Below are positions 39,201 to 54,200 of a stretch of DNA of 64,000 bases, in pieces. Position numbers and translations under genes: made by a program. This stretch comes from Tubulanus polymorphus (taxonomy: Eukaryota > Animalia > Nemertea). Under the pieces are notes generated by a model that saw nothing but the letters and a program-made list of their open reading frames with translations, searched no databases and was not told where the DNA came from. Position 1 is the stretch's first letter; each line of letters starts with the position of its first letter. Location of the stretch: NCBI RefSeq assembly GCF_964204645.1, contig NC_134032.1, positions 14,186,275 to 14,250,274 of the forward strand, in the 5' to 3' direction.

Positions 39201-42200
39201 TCTGGGAAGTCTGGATGTTGGATCTAAAGTAATTCATCTGCGGAGTCTGGATGTTGGTTCTGTGGTAATTCATCTGCAAAGTCTGGATGTTGGTTCTGTG
39301 GTCTTCATTCTTTGAAGTCTGGAAGCTGCATCATCTAGAAGATCATAAATACCTTGGAGTCTGGTGTAGTAGTTTGATGTTGGTTCTGTGGTAATTCATC
39401 TGCGAAGTCTGGATGTTGGATCTGTGGTAATTCATCTGTGAAGTCTGGATGTTGGTTCTGTGGTCTTCACTCTTTGAAGTCTGGAAGCTGCATCATCTAG
39501 AAGATCATAAATACCTTGGAGTCTGGTGTAGTAGTTTGATGTTGGTTCTGTGGTAATTCATCTGCGAAGTCTGGATGTTGGATCTGTGGTAATTCATCTG
39601 TGAAGTCTGGATGTTGGTTCTGTGGTAATTCATCTGTCAGGTCTTGAAGCTGCATCACCTAAAACATGATAAATTCCTTGGATTCTGCTGGTGTGGTTGA
39701 TTTTTATGTTGGTTCTGTGGTAATTCATCTGTTGAATCTGAATGTTGGAACTGTGGTCATCCATCTGGGAAGTCTGGATGTTGGTTCTGTGGTTTTTCAT
39801 CTGCGAAGTCTGGATGTTGGTTCTGTGGTAATTCATCTCTGAAGTCTGGATGTTGGTTCTGTGGTTTTTCATCTGCGAAGTCTGGATGTTGGTTCTGTGG
39901 TAATTCATCTGCAAAGTCTGGATATTGGTTCTGTGGTCTTCATTCTTTGAAGTCTGGAAGCTGCATCATCTAGAAGATCATAAATACCTTGGAGTCTGGT
40001 GTGGTAGTTTGATGTTGGTTCTGTGGTTTTTCATCTGTGAAGTCTGGATGTTGGTTCTGTGGTAATTCATCTGCGATGTCTGGAAGCTGCATCACCTAAA
40101 ACATGATAAATACCTTGGATTCTGCTGGTGTGGTAGAGGTTGATGTTGGTTCTCTGGTAATTCATCTGTTGAATCTGTATGTTGGAACTGTGGTCATCCA
40201 TCTGGGAAGTCTGGATTTGATGTTGGTTCTGTGGATTTTCACCTGCGAAGTCTGGATGTTGGATCTGTGGTAATTCATCTGTTGAATCTGAATGTTGGTA
40301 CTGTGGTCTTTATTCTTTGAAGTCTGGAAGCTGCATCACCTAGAAGATCATAAATACCTTGGAGTCTGGTGTGATAGAGCTGGATGTTGGATCTGTGGTT
40401 ATTCATCTGTTGAATCTGAATGTTGGTACTGTGGTCTTCATTCTTTGAAGTCTGGAAGCTGCATCACCTAGAAGATCATAAATACCTTGGAGTCTGGTGT
40501 GATAGAGCTGGATGTTGGATCTGTGGTTATTCATCTGTTGAATCTGAATGTTGGTACTGTGGTCATCCATCTGGGAAGTCTGAACGCTGGTTCTGTGGTA
40601 ATTCATCTGCGAAGTCTGGACGGTGGTTCTGTGGTCTTCATTCTTTGAAGTCTGGAAGCTGCATCACCTAGAAGATCATAAATATCTTGGAGTCTGATGT
40701 GGTAGTTTGACGTTGGATCTGTGGTAATTCATCTCTGAAGTCTGGATGTTGGTTCTGTGGTAATTCATCTGTGAAGTCTGGATGTTGGTTTTGTGGTAAT
40801 TCATCTGTGAAGTCTGTATGTTGGATCTAAAGTAATTCATCTGCGAAGTCTGGACGGTGGTTTTGTGGTCTTCATTCTTTGAAGTCTGGAAGCTGCATCA
40901 CCTAGAAGATCATAAATACCTTGGAGTCTGGTGTGGTAGAGCTGGATGTTGGTTCTCTGGTAATTCATCTGTTGAATCTGAATGTTGGTTCTGTGGTCAT
41001 CCATCTGGGAAGTCTGGATTCTGATGTTGGTTCTATGGACTTTCACCTGCGAAGTCTGGATGTTGGATCTGTAGTAATTCATCTCTGAAGTCTGGATGTT
41101 GGTTCTGTGGTTTTTCATCTGTGAAGTCTGGATGTTGGTTCTGTGGTAATTCATCTGTGAAGTCTGGATGTTGGATCTGTGGTCATCCATCTGTGGAGTC
41201 TGGAAGCTGCATCACCTAAAATATCATAAATACCTTGGATTCTGGTGTGATAGAGCTGGATGTTGGTTCTCTGGTAATTCATCTGTTGAATCTGAATGTT
41301 GGAACTGTGGTCATCCATCTGGGAAGTCTGGATGTTGGATCTAAAGTAATTCATCTGCGGAGTCTGGATGTTGGTTCTGTGGTAATTCATCTGCAAAGTC
41401 TGGATGTTGGTTCTGTGGTCTTCATTCTTTGAAGTCTGGAAGCTGCATCATCTAGAAGATCATAAATACCTTGGAGTCTGGTGTGGTAGTTTGATGTTGG
41501 TTCTGTGGTAATTCATCTGCGAAGTCTGGATGTTGGTTCTGTGGTCTTCATTCTTTGAAGTCTGGAAGCTGCATCATCTAGAAGATCATAAATACCTTGG
41601 AGTCTGGTGTAGTAGTTTGATGTTGGTTCTGTGGTAATTCATCTGCGAAGTCTGGATGTTGGATCTGTGGTAATTCATCTGTGAAGTCTGGATGTTGGTT
41701 CTGTGGTAATTCATCTGTCAGGTCTTGAAGCTGCATCACCTAAAACATGATAAATTCCTTGGATTCTGCTGGTGTGGTTGAGTTTGATGTTGGTTCTGTG
41801 GTAATTCATCTGTTCAATCTCAATGTTAAAACTGTGGTCATCCATCTGGGAAGTCTGGATGTTGGTTCTGTGGTTTTTCATCTGCGAAGTCTGGATGTTG
41901 GTTCTGTGGTAATTCATCTCTGAAGTCTGGATGTTGGTTCTGTGGTAATTCATCTGCGAAGTCTGGATGTTGGTTCTGTGGTTTTTCATCTGCGAAGTCT
42001 GGATGTTGGTTCTGTGGTAATTCATCTCTGAAGTCTGGATGTTGGTTCTGTGGTAATTCATCTGCGAAGTCAGGGCGGTGGTTCTGTGGTCTTCATTCTT
42101 TGTAGTCTGGAAGCTGCATCACCTAGAAGATCATAAATACCTTGGAGTCTGGTGTGATAGAGCTGGATGTTGGTTCTGTGGTAATTAATCTGTTGAATCT

Positions 42201-45200
42201 GAATGTTGGTACTGTGGTCATCAATCTGGGAAGTCTGGATTCTGATGTTGGTTCTGTGGATTTTCACCTGCGAAGTCTGGATGTTGGATCTGTGGTTATT
42301 CATCTGTTGAATCTGAATGTTGGTACTGTGGTCATCCATCTGGGAAGTCTGAACGCTGGTTCTGTGGTAATTCATCTACGAAGTCTCGACGGTGGTTCTG
42401 TGGTCTTCATTCTTTGAAGTCTGGAAGCTGCATCACCTAGAAGATCATAAATACCTTGGAGTCTGATGTGGTAGTTTGATGTTGGATCTGTGGTAATTCA
42501 TCTGTGAAGTCTGGATGTTGGTTTTGTGGTAATTCATCTGTGAAGTCTGGATGTTGGATCTGTGGTCATCCATCTGTGGAGTCTGGAAGCTGCATCACCT
42601 AAAATATCATAAATACCTTGGATTCTGGTGTGATAGAGCTGGATGTTGGTTCTCTGGTAATTCATCTGTTGAATCTGAATGTTGGTTCTGTGGTCATCCA
42701 TCTGGGAAGTCTGGATTCTGATGTTGGTTCTGTGGATTTTCACCTGCAAAGTCTGGATGTTGGATCTGTGGTAATTCATTCTTTGAAGTCTGGAAGCTGT
42801 ATCACCTAGAAGATCATAAATATCTTGGAGTCTGGTGTGGTAGTTTGATGTTGGTTCTGTGGTAATTCATCTGTGAAGTCTGGATGTTGGATCTGTGGTC
42901 ATCCATCTGTGGAGTCTGGAAGCTGCATCACCTAAAATATCATAAATACCTTGGATTCTGGTGTGATAGAGCTGGATGTTGGTTCTCTGGTAATTCATCT
43001 GTTGAATCTGAATGTTGGAACTGTGGTCATCCATCTGGGAAGTCTGGATGTTGGATCTAAAGTAATTCATCTGCGGAGTCTGGATGTTGGTTCTGTGGTA
43101 ATTCATCTGCAAAGTCTGGATGTTGGTTCTGTGGTCTTCATTCTTTGAAGTCTGGAAGCTGCATCATCTAGAAGATCATAAATACCTTGGAGTCTGGTGT
43201 GGTAGTTTGATGTTGGTTCTGTGGTAATTCATCTGCGAAGTCTGGATGTTGGTTCTGTGGTCTTCATTCTTTGAAGTCTGGAAGCTGCATCATCTAGAAG
43301 ATCATAAATACCTTGGGGTCTGGTGTAGTAGTTTGATGTTGGTTCTGTGGTAATTCATCTGCGAAGTCTGGATGTTGGATCTGTGGTAATTCATCTGTGA
43401 AGTCTGGATGTTGGTTCTGTGGTAATTCATCTGTCAGGTCTTGAAGCTGCATCACCTAAAACATGATAAATTCCTTGGATTCTGCTGGTGTGGTTGAGTT
43501 TGATGTTGGTTCTGTGGTAATTCATCTGTTCAATCTCAATGTTGGAACTGTGGTCATCCATCTGGGAAGTCTGGATGTTGGTTCTGTGGTTTTTCATCTG
43601 CGAAGTCTGGATGTTGGTTCTGTGGTAATTCATCTCTGAAGTCTGGATGTTGGTTCTGTGGTAATTCATCTGCGAAGTCTGGATGTTGGTTCTGTGGTTT
43701 TTCATCTGCGAAGTCTGGATGTTGGTTCTGTGGTAATTCATCTCTGAAGTCTGGATGTTGGTTCTGTGGTAATTCATCTGCGAAGTCTGGGCGGTGGTTC
43801 TGTGGTCTTCATTCTTTGTAGTCTGGAAGCTGCATCACCTAGAAGATCATAAATACCTTGGAGTCTGGTGTGATAGAGCTGGATGTTGGTTCTGTGGTAA
43901 TTAATCTGTTGAATCTGAATGTTGGTACTGTGGTCATCAATCTGGGAAGTCTGGATTCTGATGTTGGTTCTGTGGATTTTCACCTGCGAAGTCTGGATGT
44001 TGGATCTGTGGTTATTCATCTGTTGAATCTGAATGTTGGTACTGTGGTCATCCATCTGGGAAGTCTGAACGCTGGTTCTGTGGTAATTCATCTACGAAGT
44101 CTCGACGGTGGTTCTGTGGTCTTCATTCTTTGAAGTCTGGAAGCTGCATCACCTAGAAGATCATAAATACCTTGGAGTCTGATGTGGTAGTTTGATGTTG
44201 GATCTGTGGTAATTCATCTGTGAAGTCTGGATGTTGGTTTTGTGGTAATTCATCTGTGAAGTCTGGATGTTGGATCTGTGGTCATCCATCTGTGGAGTCT
44301 GGAAGCTGCATCACCTAAAATATCATAAATACCTTGGATTCTGGTGTGATAGAGCTGGATGTTGGTTCTCTGGTAATTCATCTGTTGAATCTGAATGTTG
44401 GTTCTGTGGTCATCCATCTGGGAAGTCTGGATTCTGATGTTGGTTCTGTGGATTTTCACCTGCAAAGTCTGGATGTTGGATCTGTGGTAATTCATTCTTT
44501 GAAGTCTGGAAGCTGTATCACCTAGAAGATCATAAATATCTTGGAGTCTGGTGTGGTAGTTTGATGTTGATTCTGTGGTAATTCATCTGTGAAGTCTGGA
44601 TGTTGGATCTGTGGTCATCCATCTGTGGAGTCTGGAAGCTGCATCACCTAAAATATCATAAATACCTTGGATTCTGGTGTGATAGAGCTGGATGTTGGTT
44701 CTCTGGTAATTCATCTGTTGAATCTGAATGTTGGAACTGTGGTCATCCATCTGGGAAGTCTGGATGTTGGATCTAAAGTAATTCATCTGCGGAGTCTGGA
44801 TGTTGGTTCTGTGGTAATTCATCTGCAAAGTCTGGATGTTGGTTCTGTGGTCTTCATTCTTTGAAGTCTGGAAGCTGCATCATCTAGAAGATCATAAATA
44901 CCTTGGAGTCTGGTGTGGTAGTTTGATGTTGGTTCTGTGGTAATTCATCTGCGAAGTCTGGATGTTGGTTCTGTGGTCTTCATTCTTTGAAGTCTGGAAG
45001 CTGCATCATCTAGAAGATCATAAATACCTTGGAGTCTGGTGTAGTAGTTTGATGTTGGTTCTGTGGTAATTCATCTGCGAAGTCTGAATGTTGGATCTGT
45101 GGTAATTCATCTGTGAAGTCTGGATGTTGGTTCTGTGGTAATTCATCTGTCAGGTCTTGAAGCTGCATCACCTAAAACATGATAAATTCCTTGGATTCTG

Positions 45201-48200
45201 CTGGTGTGGTTGAGTTTGATGTTGGTTCTGTGGTAATTCATCTGTTGAATCTGAATGTTGGAACTGTGGTCATCCATCTGGGAAGTCTGGATGTTGGTTC
45301 TGTGGTCTTCATTCTTTGAAGTCTGGAAGCTGCATCATCTAGAAGATCATAAATACCTTGGAGTCTGGTGTGGTAGTTTGATGTTGGTTCTGTGGTTTTT
45401 CATCTGCGAAGTCTGGATGTTGGTTCTGTGGTAATTCATCTCTGAAGTCTGGATGTTGGTTCTGTGGTAATTCATCTGTGAAGTCTGGATGTTGGATCTG
45501 TGGTCATCCATCTGTGGAGTCTGGAAGCTGCATCACCTAAAATATCATAAATACCTTGGATTCTGGTGTGATAGAGCTGGATGTTGGTTCTCTGGTAATT
45601 CATCTGTTGAATCTGAATGTTGGTTCTGTGGTCATCCATCTGGGAAGTCTGGATTCTGATGTTGGTTCTGTGGATTTTCACCTGCAAAGTCTGGATGTTG
45701 GATCTGTGGTAATTCATTCTTTGAAGTCTGGAAGCTGTATCACCTAGAAGATCATAAATATCTTGGAGTCTGGTGTGGTAGTTTGATGTTGGATCTGTGG
45801 TTATTCATCTGTGAAGTCTGGATGTTGGTTCTGTGGTTATTCATCTGTGAAGACTGGATGTTGGTTCTGTGGTTATTCATCTGCGAAGTCTGGATGTTGG
45901 TTCTGTGGTTATTCATCTGTGAAGTCTGAATGCTGGTTCTGTGGTCATTCATCTGTGAAGTCTGGATGTTGGTTCTGAGGTAATTCATCTGTGAAGTCTG
46001 GATGTTGGATCTGTGGTCGTCCTTCTGTGGAGTCTGGAAGCTGCACCTAAAATATCATAAATACCTTGGATTCTGGTGTGATAGAGCTGGATGTTGGTTC
46101 TGTGGTAATTCATCTATGAAGTCTGGATGTTGGTTCTGTGGTTATTCATCTGTCAGGTCTTGAAGCTGCATCACCTAAAACATGATAAATACCTTGGATT
46201 CTGCTGGTGTGGTAGAATTTGATGTTGAATCTGTGATAACTGATCTGTTGAATCTGAATGTTGGTTCTGTGGTCATCCATCTGGGAAGTCTGAATTCTGA
46301 TGTTGGTTCTGTGGATTTTCACCTGCGAAGTCTGAATGTTGGTACTGTGGTCATCCATCTGGGAAGTCTGGATTGTTGGTTCTGATGTTGGTTCTGAGGT
46401 AATTCATCTGTGAAGTCTGGATGTTGGATCTATGGTCATCCATCTGAGGAGTCTAGAAGCTGCACCTAAAATATCATAAATACCTTGGATTCTGGTGTGA
46501 TAGAGCTGGATGTTGGGTTCTGTGGTAATTCATCTATGAAGTCTGGATGTTGGTTCTGTGGTTATTCATCTGTCAGGTCTTGAAGCTGCATCACCTAAAA
46601 CATGATAAATACCTTGGATTCTGCTGGTGTGGTAGAATTTGATGTTGAATCTGTGATAACCGATCTGTTGAATCTGAATGTTGGTTCTGTGGTCATCCAT
46701 CTGGGAAGTCTGAATTCTGATGTTGGTTCTGTGGATTTTCACCTGCGAAGTCTGAATGTTGGTACTGTGGTCATCCATCTGTGAAGTCTGGATGTTGGTT
46801 CTGTGGTAATTCATCTGTGAAGTCTGGATGTTGGATCTGTGGTCATCCATCTGTGGAGTCTGGAAGCTGCATCACCTAAAATATCATAAATACCTTGGAT
46901 TCTGGTGTGATAGAGTTGGATGTTGGTTCTCTGGTAATTCATCTGTTGAATCTGAATGTTGGAACTGTGGTCATCCATCTGGGAAGTCTGGATGTTGGAT
47001 CTAAAGTAATTCATCTGCGGAGTCTGGATGTTGGTTCTGTGGTAATTCATCTGCAAAGTCTGGATATTGGTTCTGTGGTCTTCATTCTTTGAAGTCTGGA
47101 AGCTGCATCATCTAGAAGATCATAAATACCTTGGAGTCTGGTGTGGTAGTTTGATGTTGGTTCTGCGGTAATTCATCTGCGAAGTCTGGATGTTGGATCT
47201 GTGGTAATTCATTCTTTAAAGTCTGGAAGCTGCATCATCTAGAAGATCATAAATACCTTGGAGTCTGGTGTGATAGAGCTGGATGTTGGTTCTGTGGTAA
47301 TTAATCTGTTGAATCTGAATGTTGGTACTGTGGTCATCAATCTGGGAAGTCTGGATTCTGATGTTGGTTCTGTGGATTTTCACCTGCGAAGTCTGGATGT
47401 TGGATCTGTGGTTATTCATCTGTTGAATCTGAATGTTGGTACTGTGGTCATCCATCTGGGAAGTCTGAACGCTGGTTCTGTGGTAATTCATCTACGAAGT
47501 CTCGACAGTGGTTCTGTGGTCTTCATTCTTTGAAGTCTGGAAGCTGCATCACCTAGAAGATCATAAATACCTTGGAGTCTGATGTGGTAGTTTGATGTTG
47601 GATCTGTGGTAATTCATCTGTGAAGTCTGGATGTTGGTTTTGTGGTAATTCATCTGTGAAGTCTGGATGTTGGATCTGTGGTCATCCATCTGTGGAGTCT
47701 GGAAGCTGCATCACCTAAAATATCATAAATACCTTGGATTCTGGTGTGATAGAGCTGGATGTTGGTTCTCTGGTAATTCATCTGTTGAATCTGAATGTTG
47801 GTTCTGTGGTCATCCATCTGGGAAGTCTGGATTCTGATGTTGGTTCTGTGGATTTTCACCTGCAAAGTCTGGATGTTGGATCTGTGGTAATTCATTCTTT
47901 GAAGTCTGGAAGCTGTATCACCTAGAAGATCATAAATATCTTGGAGTCTGGTGTGGTAGTTTGATGTTTGTTCTGTGGTAATTCATCTGTGAAGTCTGGA
48001 TGTTGGATCTGTGGTCATCCATCTGTGGAGTCTGGAAGCTGCATCACCTAAAATATCATAAATACCTTGGATTCTGGTGTGATAGAGCTGGATGTTGGTT
48101 CTCTGGTAATTCATCTGTTGAATCTGAATGTTGGAACTGTGGTCATCCATCTGGGAAGTCTGGATGTTGGATCTAAAGTAATTCATCTGCGGAGTCTGGA

Positions 48201-51200
48201 TGTTGGTTCTGTGGTAATTCATCTGCAAAGTCTGGATGTTGGTTCTGTGGTCTTCATTCTTTGAAGTCTGGAAGCTGCATCATCTAGAAGATCATAAATA
48301 CCTTGGAGTCTGGTGTGGTAGTTTGATGTTGGTTCTGTGGTAATTCATCTGCGAAGTCTGGATGTTGGTTCTGTGGTCTTCATTCTTTGAAGTCTGGAAG
48401 CTGCATCATCTAGAAGATCATAAATACCTTGGAGTCTGGTGTAGTAGTTTGATGTTGGTTCTGTGGTAATTCATCTGCGAAGTCTGGATGTTGGATCTGT
48501 GGTAATTCATCTGTGAAGTCTGGATGTTGGTTCTGTGGTAATTCATCTGTCAGGTCTTGAAGCTGCATCACCTAAAACATGATAAATTCCTTGGATTCTG
48601 CTGGTGTGGTTGAGTTTGATGTTGGTTCTGTGGTAATTCATCTGTTGAATCTGAATGTTGGAACTGTGGTCATCCATCTGGGAAGTCTGGATGTTGGTTC
48701 TGTGGTTTTTCATCTGCGAAGTCTGGATGTTGGTTCTGTGGTAATTCATCTCTGAAGTCTGGATGTTGGTTCTGTGGTAATTCATCTGCGAAGTCTGGGC
48801 GGTGGTTCTGTGGTCTTCATTCTTTGTAGTCTGGAAGCTGCATCACCTAGAAGATCATAAATACCTTGGAGTCTGGTGTGATAGAGCTGGATGTTGGTTC
48901 TGTGGTAATTAATCTGTTGAATCTGAATGTTGGTACTGTGGTCATCAATCTGGGAAGTCTGGATTCTGATGTTGGTTCTGTGGATTTTCACCTGCGAAGT
49001 CTGGATGTTGGATCTGTGGTTATTCATCTGTTGAATCTGAATGTTGGTACTGTGGTCATCCATCTGGGAAGTCTGAACGCTGGTTCTGTGGTAATTCATC
49101 TGCGAAGTCTGGACGGTGGTTCTGTGGTCTTCATTCTTTGAAGTCTGGAAGCTGCATCACCTAGAAGATCATAAATACCTTGGAGTCTGATGTGGTAGTT
49201 TGATGTTGGATCTGTAGTAATTCATCTGTGAAGTCTGGATGTTGGTTTTGTGGTAATTCATCTGTGAAGTCTGGATGTTGGTTCTGTGGTAATTCATCTG
49301 TGAAGTCTGGATGTTGGATCTGTGGTCATCCATCTGTGGAGTCTGGAAGCTGCATCACCTAAAATATCATAAATACCTTGGATTCTGGTGTGATAGAGCT
49401 GGATGTTGGTTCTCTGGTAATTCATCTGTTGAATCTGAATGTTGGTTCTGTGGTCATCCATCTGGGAAGTCTGGATTCTGATGTTGGTTCTGTGGATTTT
49501 CACCTGCAAAGTCTGGATGTTGGATCTGTGGTAATTCATTCTTTGAAGTCTGGAAGCTGTATCACCTAGAAGATCATAAATATCTTGGAGTCTGGTGTGG
49601 TAGTTTGATGTTGGATCTGTGGTTATTCATCTGTGAAGTCTGGATGTTGGTTCTGTGGTTATTCATCTGTGAAGTCTGAATGCTGGTTCTGTGGTCATTC
49701 ATCTGTGAAGTCTGGATGTTGGTTCTGAGGTAATTCATCTGTGAAGTCTGGATGTTGGATCTGTGGTCGTCCTTCTGTGGAGTCTGGAAGCTGCACCTAA
49801 AATATCATAAATACCTTGGATTCTGGTGTGATAGAGCTGGATGTTGGTTCTGTGGTAATTCATCTATGAAGTCTGGATGTTGGTTCTGTGGTTATTCATC
49901 TGTCAGGTCTTGAAGCTGCATCACCTAAAACATGATAAATACCTTGGATTCTGCTGGTGTGGTAGAATTTGATGTTGAATCTGTGATAACTGATCTGTTG
50001 AATCTGAATGTTGGTTCTGTGGTCATCCATCTGGGAAGTCTGAATTCTGATGTTGGTTCTGTGGATTTTCACCTGCGAAGTCTGAATGTTGGTACTGTGG
50101 TCATCCATCTGGGAAGTCTGGATTGTTGGTTCTGATGTTGGTTCTGAGGTAATTCATCTGTGAAGTCTGGATGTTGGATCTATGGTCATCCATCTGAGGA
50201 GTCTAGAAGCTGCACCTAAAATATCATAAATACCTTGGATTCTGGTGTGATAGAGCTGGATGTTGGGTTCTGTGGTAATTCATCTATGAAGTCTGGATGT
50301 TGGTTCTGTGGTTATTCATCTGTCAGGTCTTGAAGCTGCATCACCTAAAACATGATAAATACCTTGGATTCTGCTGGTGTGGTAGAATTTGATGTTGAAT
50401 CTGTGATAACCGATCTGTTGAATCTGAATGTTGGTTCTGTGGTCATCCATCTGGGAAGTCTGAATTCTGATGTTGGTTCTGTGGATTTTCACCTGCGAAG
50501 TCTGAATGTTGGTACTGTGGTCATCCATCTGTGAAGTCTGGATGTTGGTTCTGTGGTAATTCATCTGTGAAGTCTGGATGTTGGATCTGTGGTCATCCAT
50601 CTGTGGAGTCTGGAAGCTGCATCACCTAAAATATCATAAATACCTTGGATTCTGGTGTGATAGAGTTGGATGTTGGTTCTCTGGTAATTCATCTGTTGAA
50701 TCTGAATGTTGGAACTGTGGTCATCCATCTGGGAAGTCTGGATGTTGGATCTAAAGTAATTCATCTGCGGAGTCTGGATGTTGGTTCTGTGGTAATTCAT
50801 CTGCAAAGTCTGGATATTGGTTCTGTGGTCTTCATTCTTTGAAGTCTGGAAGCTGCATCATCTAGAAGATCATAAATACCTTGGAGTCTGGTGTGGTAGT
50901 TTGATGTTGGTTCTGCGGTAATTCATCTGCGAAGTCTGGATGTTGGATCTGTGGTAATTCATTCTTTAAAGTCTGGAAGCTGCATCATCTAGAAGATCAT
51001 AAATACCTTGGAGTCTGGTGTGATAGAGCTGGATGTTGGTTCTGTGGTAATTAATCTGTTGAATCTGAATGTTGGTACTGTGGTCATCAATCTGGGAAGT
51101 CTGGATTCTGATGTTGGTTCTGTGGATTTTCACCTGCGAAGTCTGGATGTTGGATCTGTGGTTATTCATCTGTTGAATCTGAATGTTGGTACTGTGGTCA

Positions 51201-54200
51201 TCCATCTGGGAAGTCTGAACGCTGGTTCTGTGGTAATTCATCTACGAAGTCTCGACAGTGGTTCTGTGGTCTTCATTCTTTGAAGTCTGGAAGCTGCATC
51301 ACCTAGAAGATCATAAATACCTTGGAGTCTGATGTGGTAGTTTGATGTTGGATCTGTGGTAATTCATCTGTGAAGTCTGGATGTTGGTTTTGTGGTAATT
51401 CATCTGTGAAGTCTGGATGTTGGATCTGTGGTCATCCATCTGTGGAGTCTGGAAGCTGCATCACCTAAAATATCATAAATACCTTGGATTCTGGTGTGAT
51501 AGAGCTGGATGTTGGTTCTCTGGTAATTCATCTGTTGAATCTGAATGTTGGTTCTGTGGTCATCCATCTGGGAAGTCTGGATTCTGATGTTGGTTCTGTG
51601 GATTTTCACCTGCAAAGTCTGGATGTTGGATCTGTGGTAATTCATTCTTTGAAGTCTGGAAGCTGTATCACCTAGAAGATCATAAATATCTTGGAGTCTG
51701 GTGTGGTAGTTTGATGTTTGTTCTGTGGTAATTCATCTGTGAAGTCTGGATGTTGGATCTGTGGTCATCCATCTGTGGAGTCTGGAAGCTGCATCACCTA
51801 AAATATCATAAATACCTTGGATTCTGGTGTGATAGAGCTGGATGTTGGTTCTCTGGTAATTCATCTGTTGAATCTGAATGTTGGAACTGTGGTCATCCAT
51901 CTGGGAAGTCTGGATGTTGGATCTAAAGTAATTCATCTGCGGAGTCTGGATGTTGGTTCTGTGGTAATTCATCTGCAAAGTCTGGATGTTGGTTCTGTGG
52001 TCTTCATTCTTTGAAGTCTGGAAGCTGCATCATCTAGAAGATCATAAATACCTTGGAGTCTGGTGTGGTAGTTTGATGTTGGTTCTGTGGTAATTCATCT
52101 GCGAAGTCTGGATGTTGGTTCTGTGGTCTTCATTCTTTGAAGTCTGGAAGCTGCATCATCTAGAAGATCATAAATACCTTGGAGTCTGGTGTAGTAGTTT
52201 GATGTTGGTTCTGTGGTAATTCATCTGCGAAGTCTGGATGTTGGATCTGTGGTAATTCATCTGTGAAGTCTGGATGTTGGTTCTGTGGTAATTCATCTGT
52301 CAGGTCTTGAAGCTGCATCACCTAAAACATGATAAATTCCTTGGATTCTGCTGGTGTGGTTGAGTTTGATGTTGGTTCTGTGGTAATTCATCTGTTGAAT
52401 CTGAATGTTGGAACTGTGGTCATCCATCTGGGAAGTCTGGATGTTGGTTCTGTGGTTTTTCATCTGCGAAGTCTGGATGTTGGTTCTGTGGTAATTCATC
52501 TCTGAAGTCTGGATGTTGGTTCTGTGGTAATTCATCTGCGAAGTCTGGGCGGTGGTTCTGTGGTCTTCATTCTTTGTAGTCTGGAAGCTGCATCACCTAG
52601 AAGATCATAAATACCTTGGAGTCTGGTGTGATAGAGCTGGATGTTGGTTCTGTGGTAATTAATCTGTTGAATCTGAATGTTGGTACTGTGGTCATCAATC
52701 TGGGAAGTCTGGATTCTGATGTTGGTTCTGTGGATTTTCACCTGCGAAGTCTGGATGTTGGATCTGTGGTTATTCATCTGTTGAATCTGAATGTTGGTAC
52801 TGTGGTCATCCATCTGGGAAGTCTGAACGCTGGTTCTGTGGTAATTCATCTGCGAAGTCTGGACGGTGGTTCTGTGGTCTTCATTCTTTGAAGTCTGGAA
52901 GCTGCATCACCTAGAAGATCATAAATACCTTGGAGTCTGATGTGGTAGTTTGATGTTGGATCTGTAGTAATTCATCTGTGAAGTCTGGATGTTGGTTTTG
53001 TGGTAATTCATCTGTGAAGTCTGGATGTTGGTTCTGTGGTAATTCATCTGTGAAGTCTGGATGTTGGATCTGTGGTCATCCATCTGTGGAGTCTGGAAGC
53101 TGCATCACCTAAAATATCATAAATACCTTGGATTCTGGTGTGATAGAGCTGGATGTTGGTTCTCTGGTAATTCATCTGTTGAATCTGAATGTTGGTTCTG
53201 TGGTCATCCATCTGGGAAGTCTGGATTCTGATGTTGGTTCTGTGGATTTTCACCTGCAAAGTCTGGATGTTGGATCTGTGGTAATTCATTCTTTGAAGTC
53301 TGGAAGCTGTATCACCTAGAAGATCATAAATATCTTGGAGTCTGGTGTGGTAGTTTGATGTTGGATCTGTGGTTATTCATCTGTGAAGTCTGGATGTTGG
53401 TTCTGTGGTTATTCATCTGTGAAGTCTGAATGCTGGTTCTGTGGTCATTCATCTGTGAAGTCTGGATGTTGGTTCTGAGGTAATTCATCTGTGAAGTCTG
53501 GATGTTGGATCTGTGGTCGTCCTTCTGTGGAGTCTGGAAGCTGCACCTAAAATATCATAAATACCTTGGATTCTGGTGTGATAGAGCTGGATGTTGGTTC
53601 TGTGGTAATTCATCTATGAAGTCTGGATGTTGGTTCTGTGGTTATTCATCTGTCAGGTCTTGAAGCTGCATCACCTAAAACATGATAAATACCTTGGATT
53701 CTGCTGGTGTGGTAGAATTTGATGTTGAATCTGTGATAACTGATCTGTTGAATCTGAATGTTGGTTCTGTGGTCATCCATCTGGGAAGTCTGAATTCTGA
53801 TGTTGGTTCTGTGGATTTTCACCTGCGAAGTCTGAATGTTGGTACTGTGGTCATCCATCTGGGAAGTCTGGATTGTTGGTTCTGATGTTGGTTCTGAGGT
53901 AATTCATCTGTGAAGTCTGGATGTTGGATCTATGGTCATCCATCTGAGGAGTCTAGAAGCTGCACCTAAAATATCATAAATACCTTGGATTCTGGTGTGA
54001 TAGAGCTGGATGTTGGGTTCTGTGGTAATTCATCTATGAAGTCTGGATGTTGGTTCTGTGGTTATTCATCTGTCAGGTCTTGAAGCTGCATCACCTAAAA
54101 CATGATAAATACCTTGGATTCTGCTGGTGTGGTAGAATTTGATGTTGAATCTGTGATAACTGATCTGTTGAATCTGAATGTTGGTTCTGTGGTCATCCAT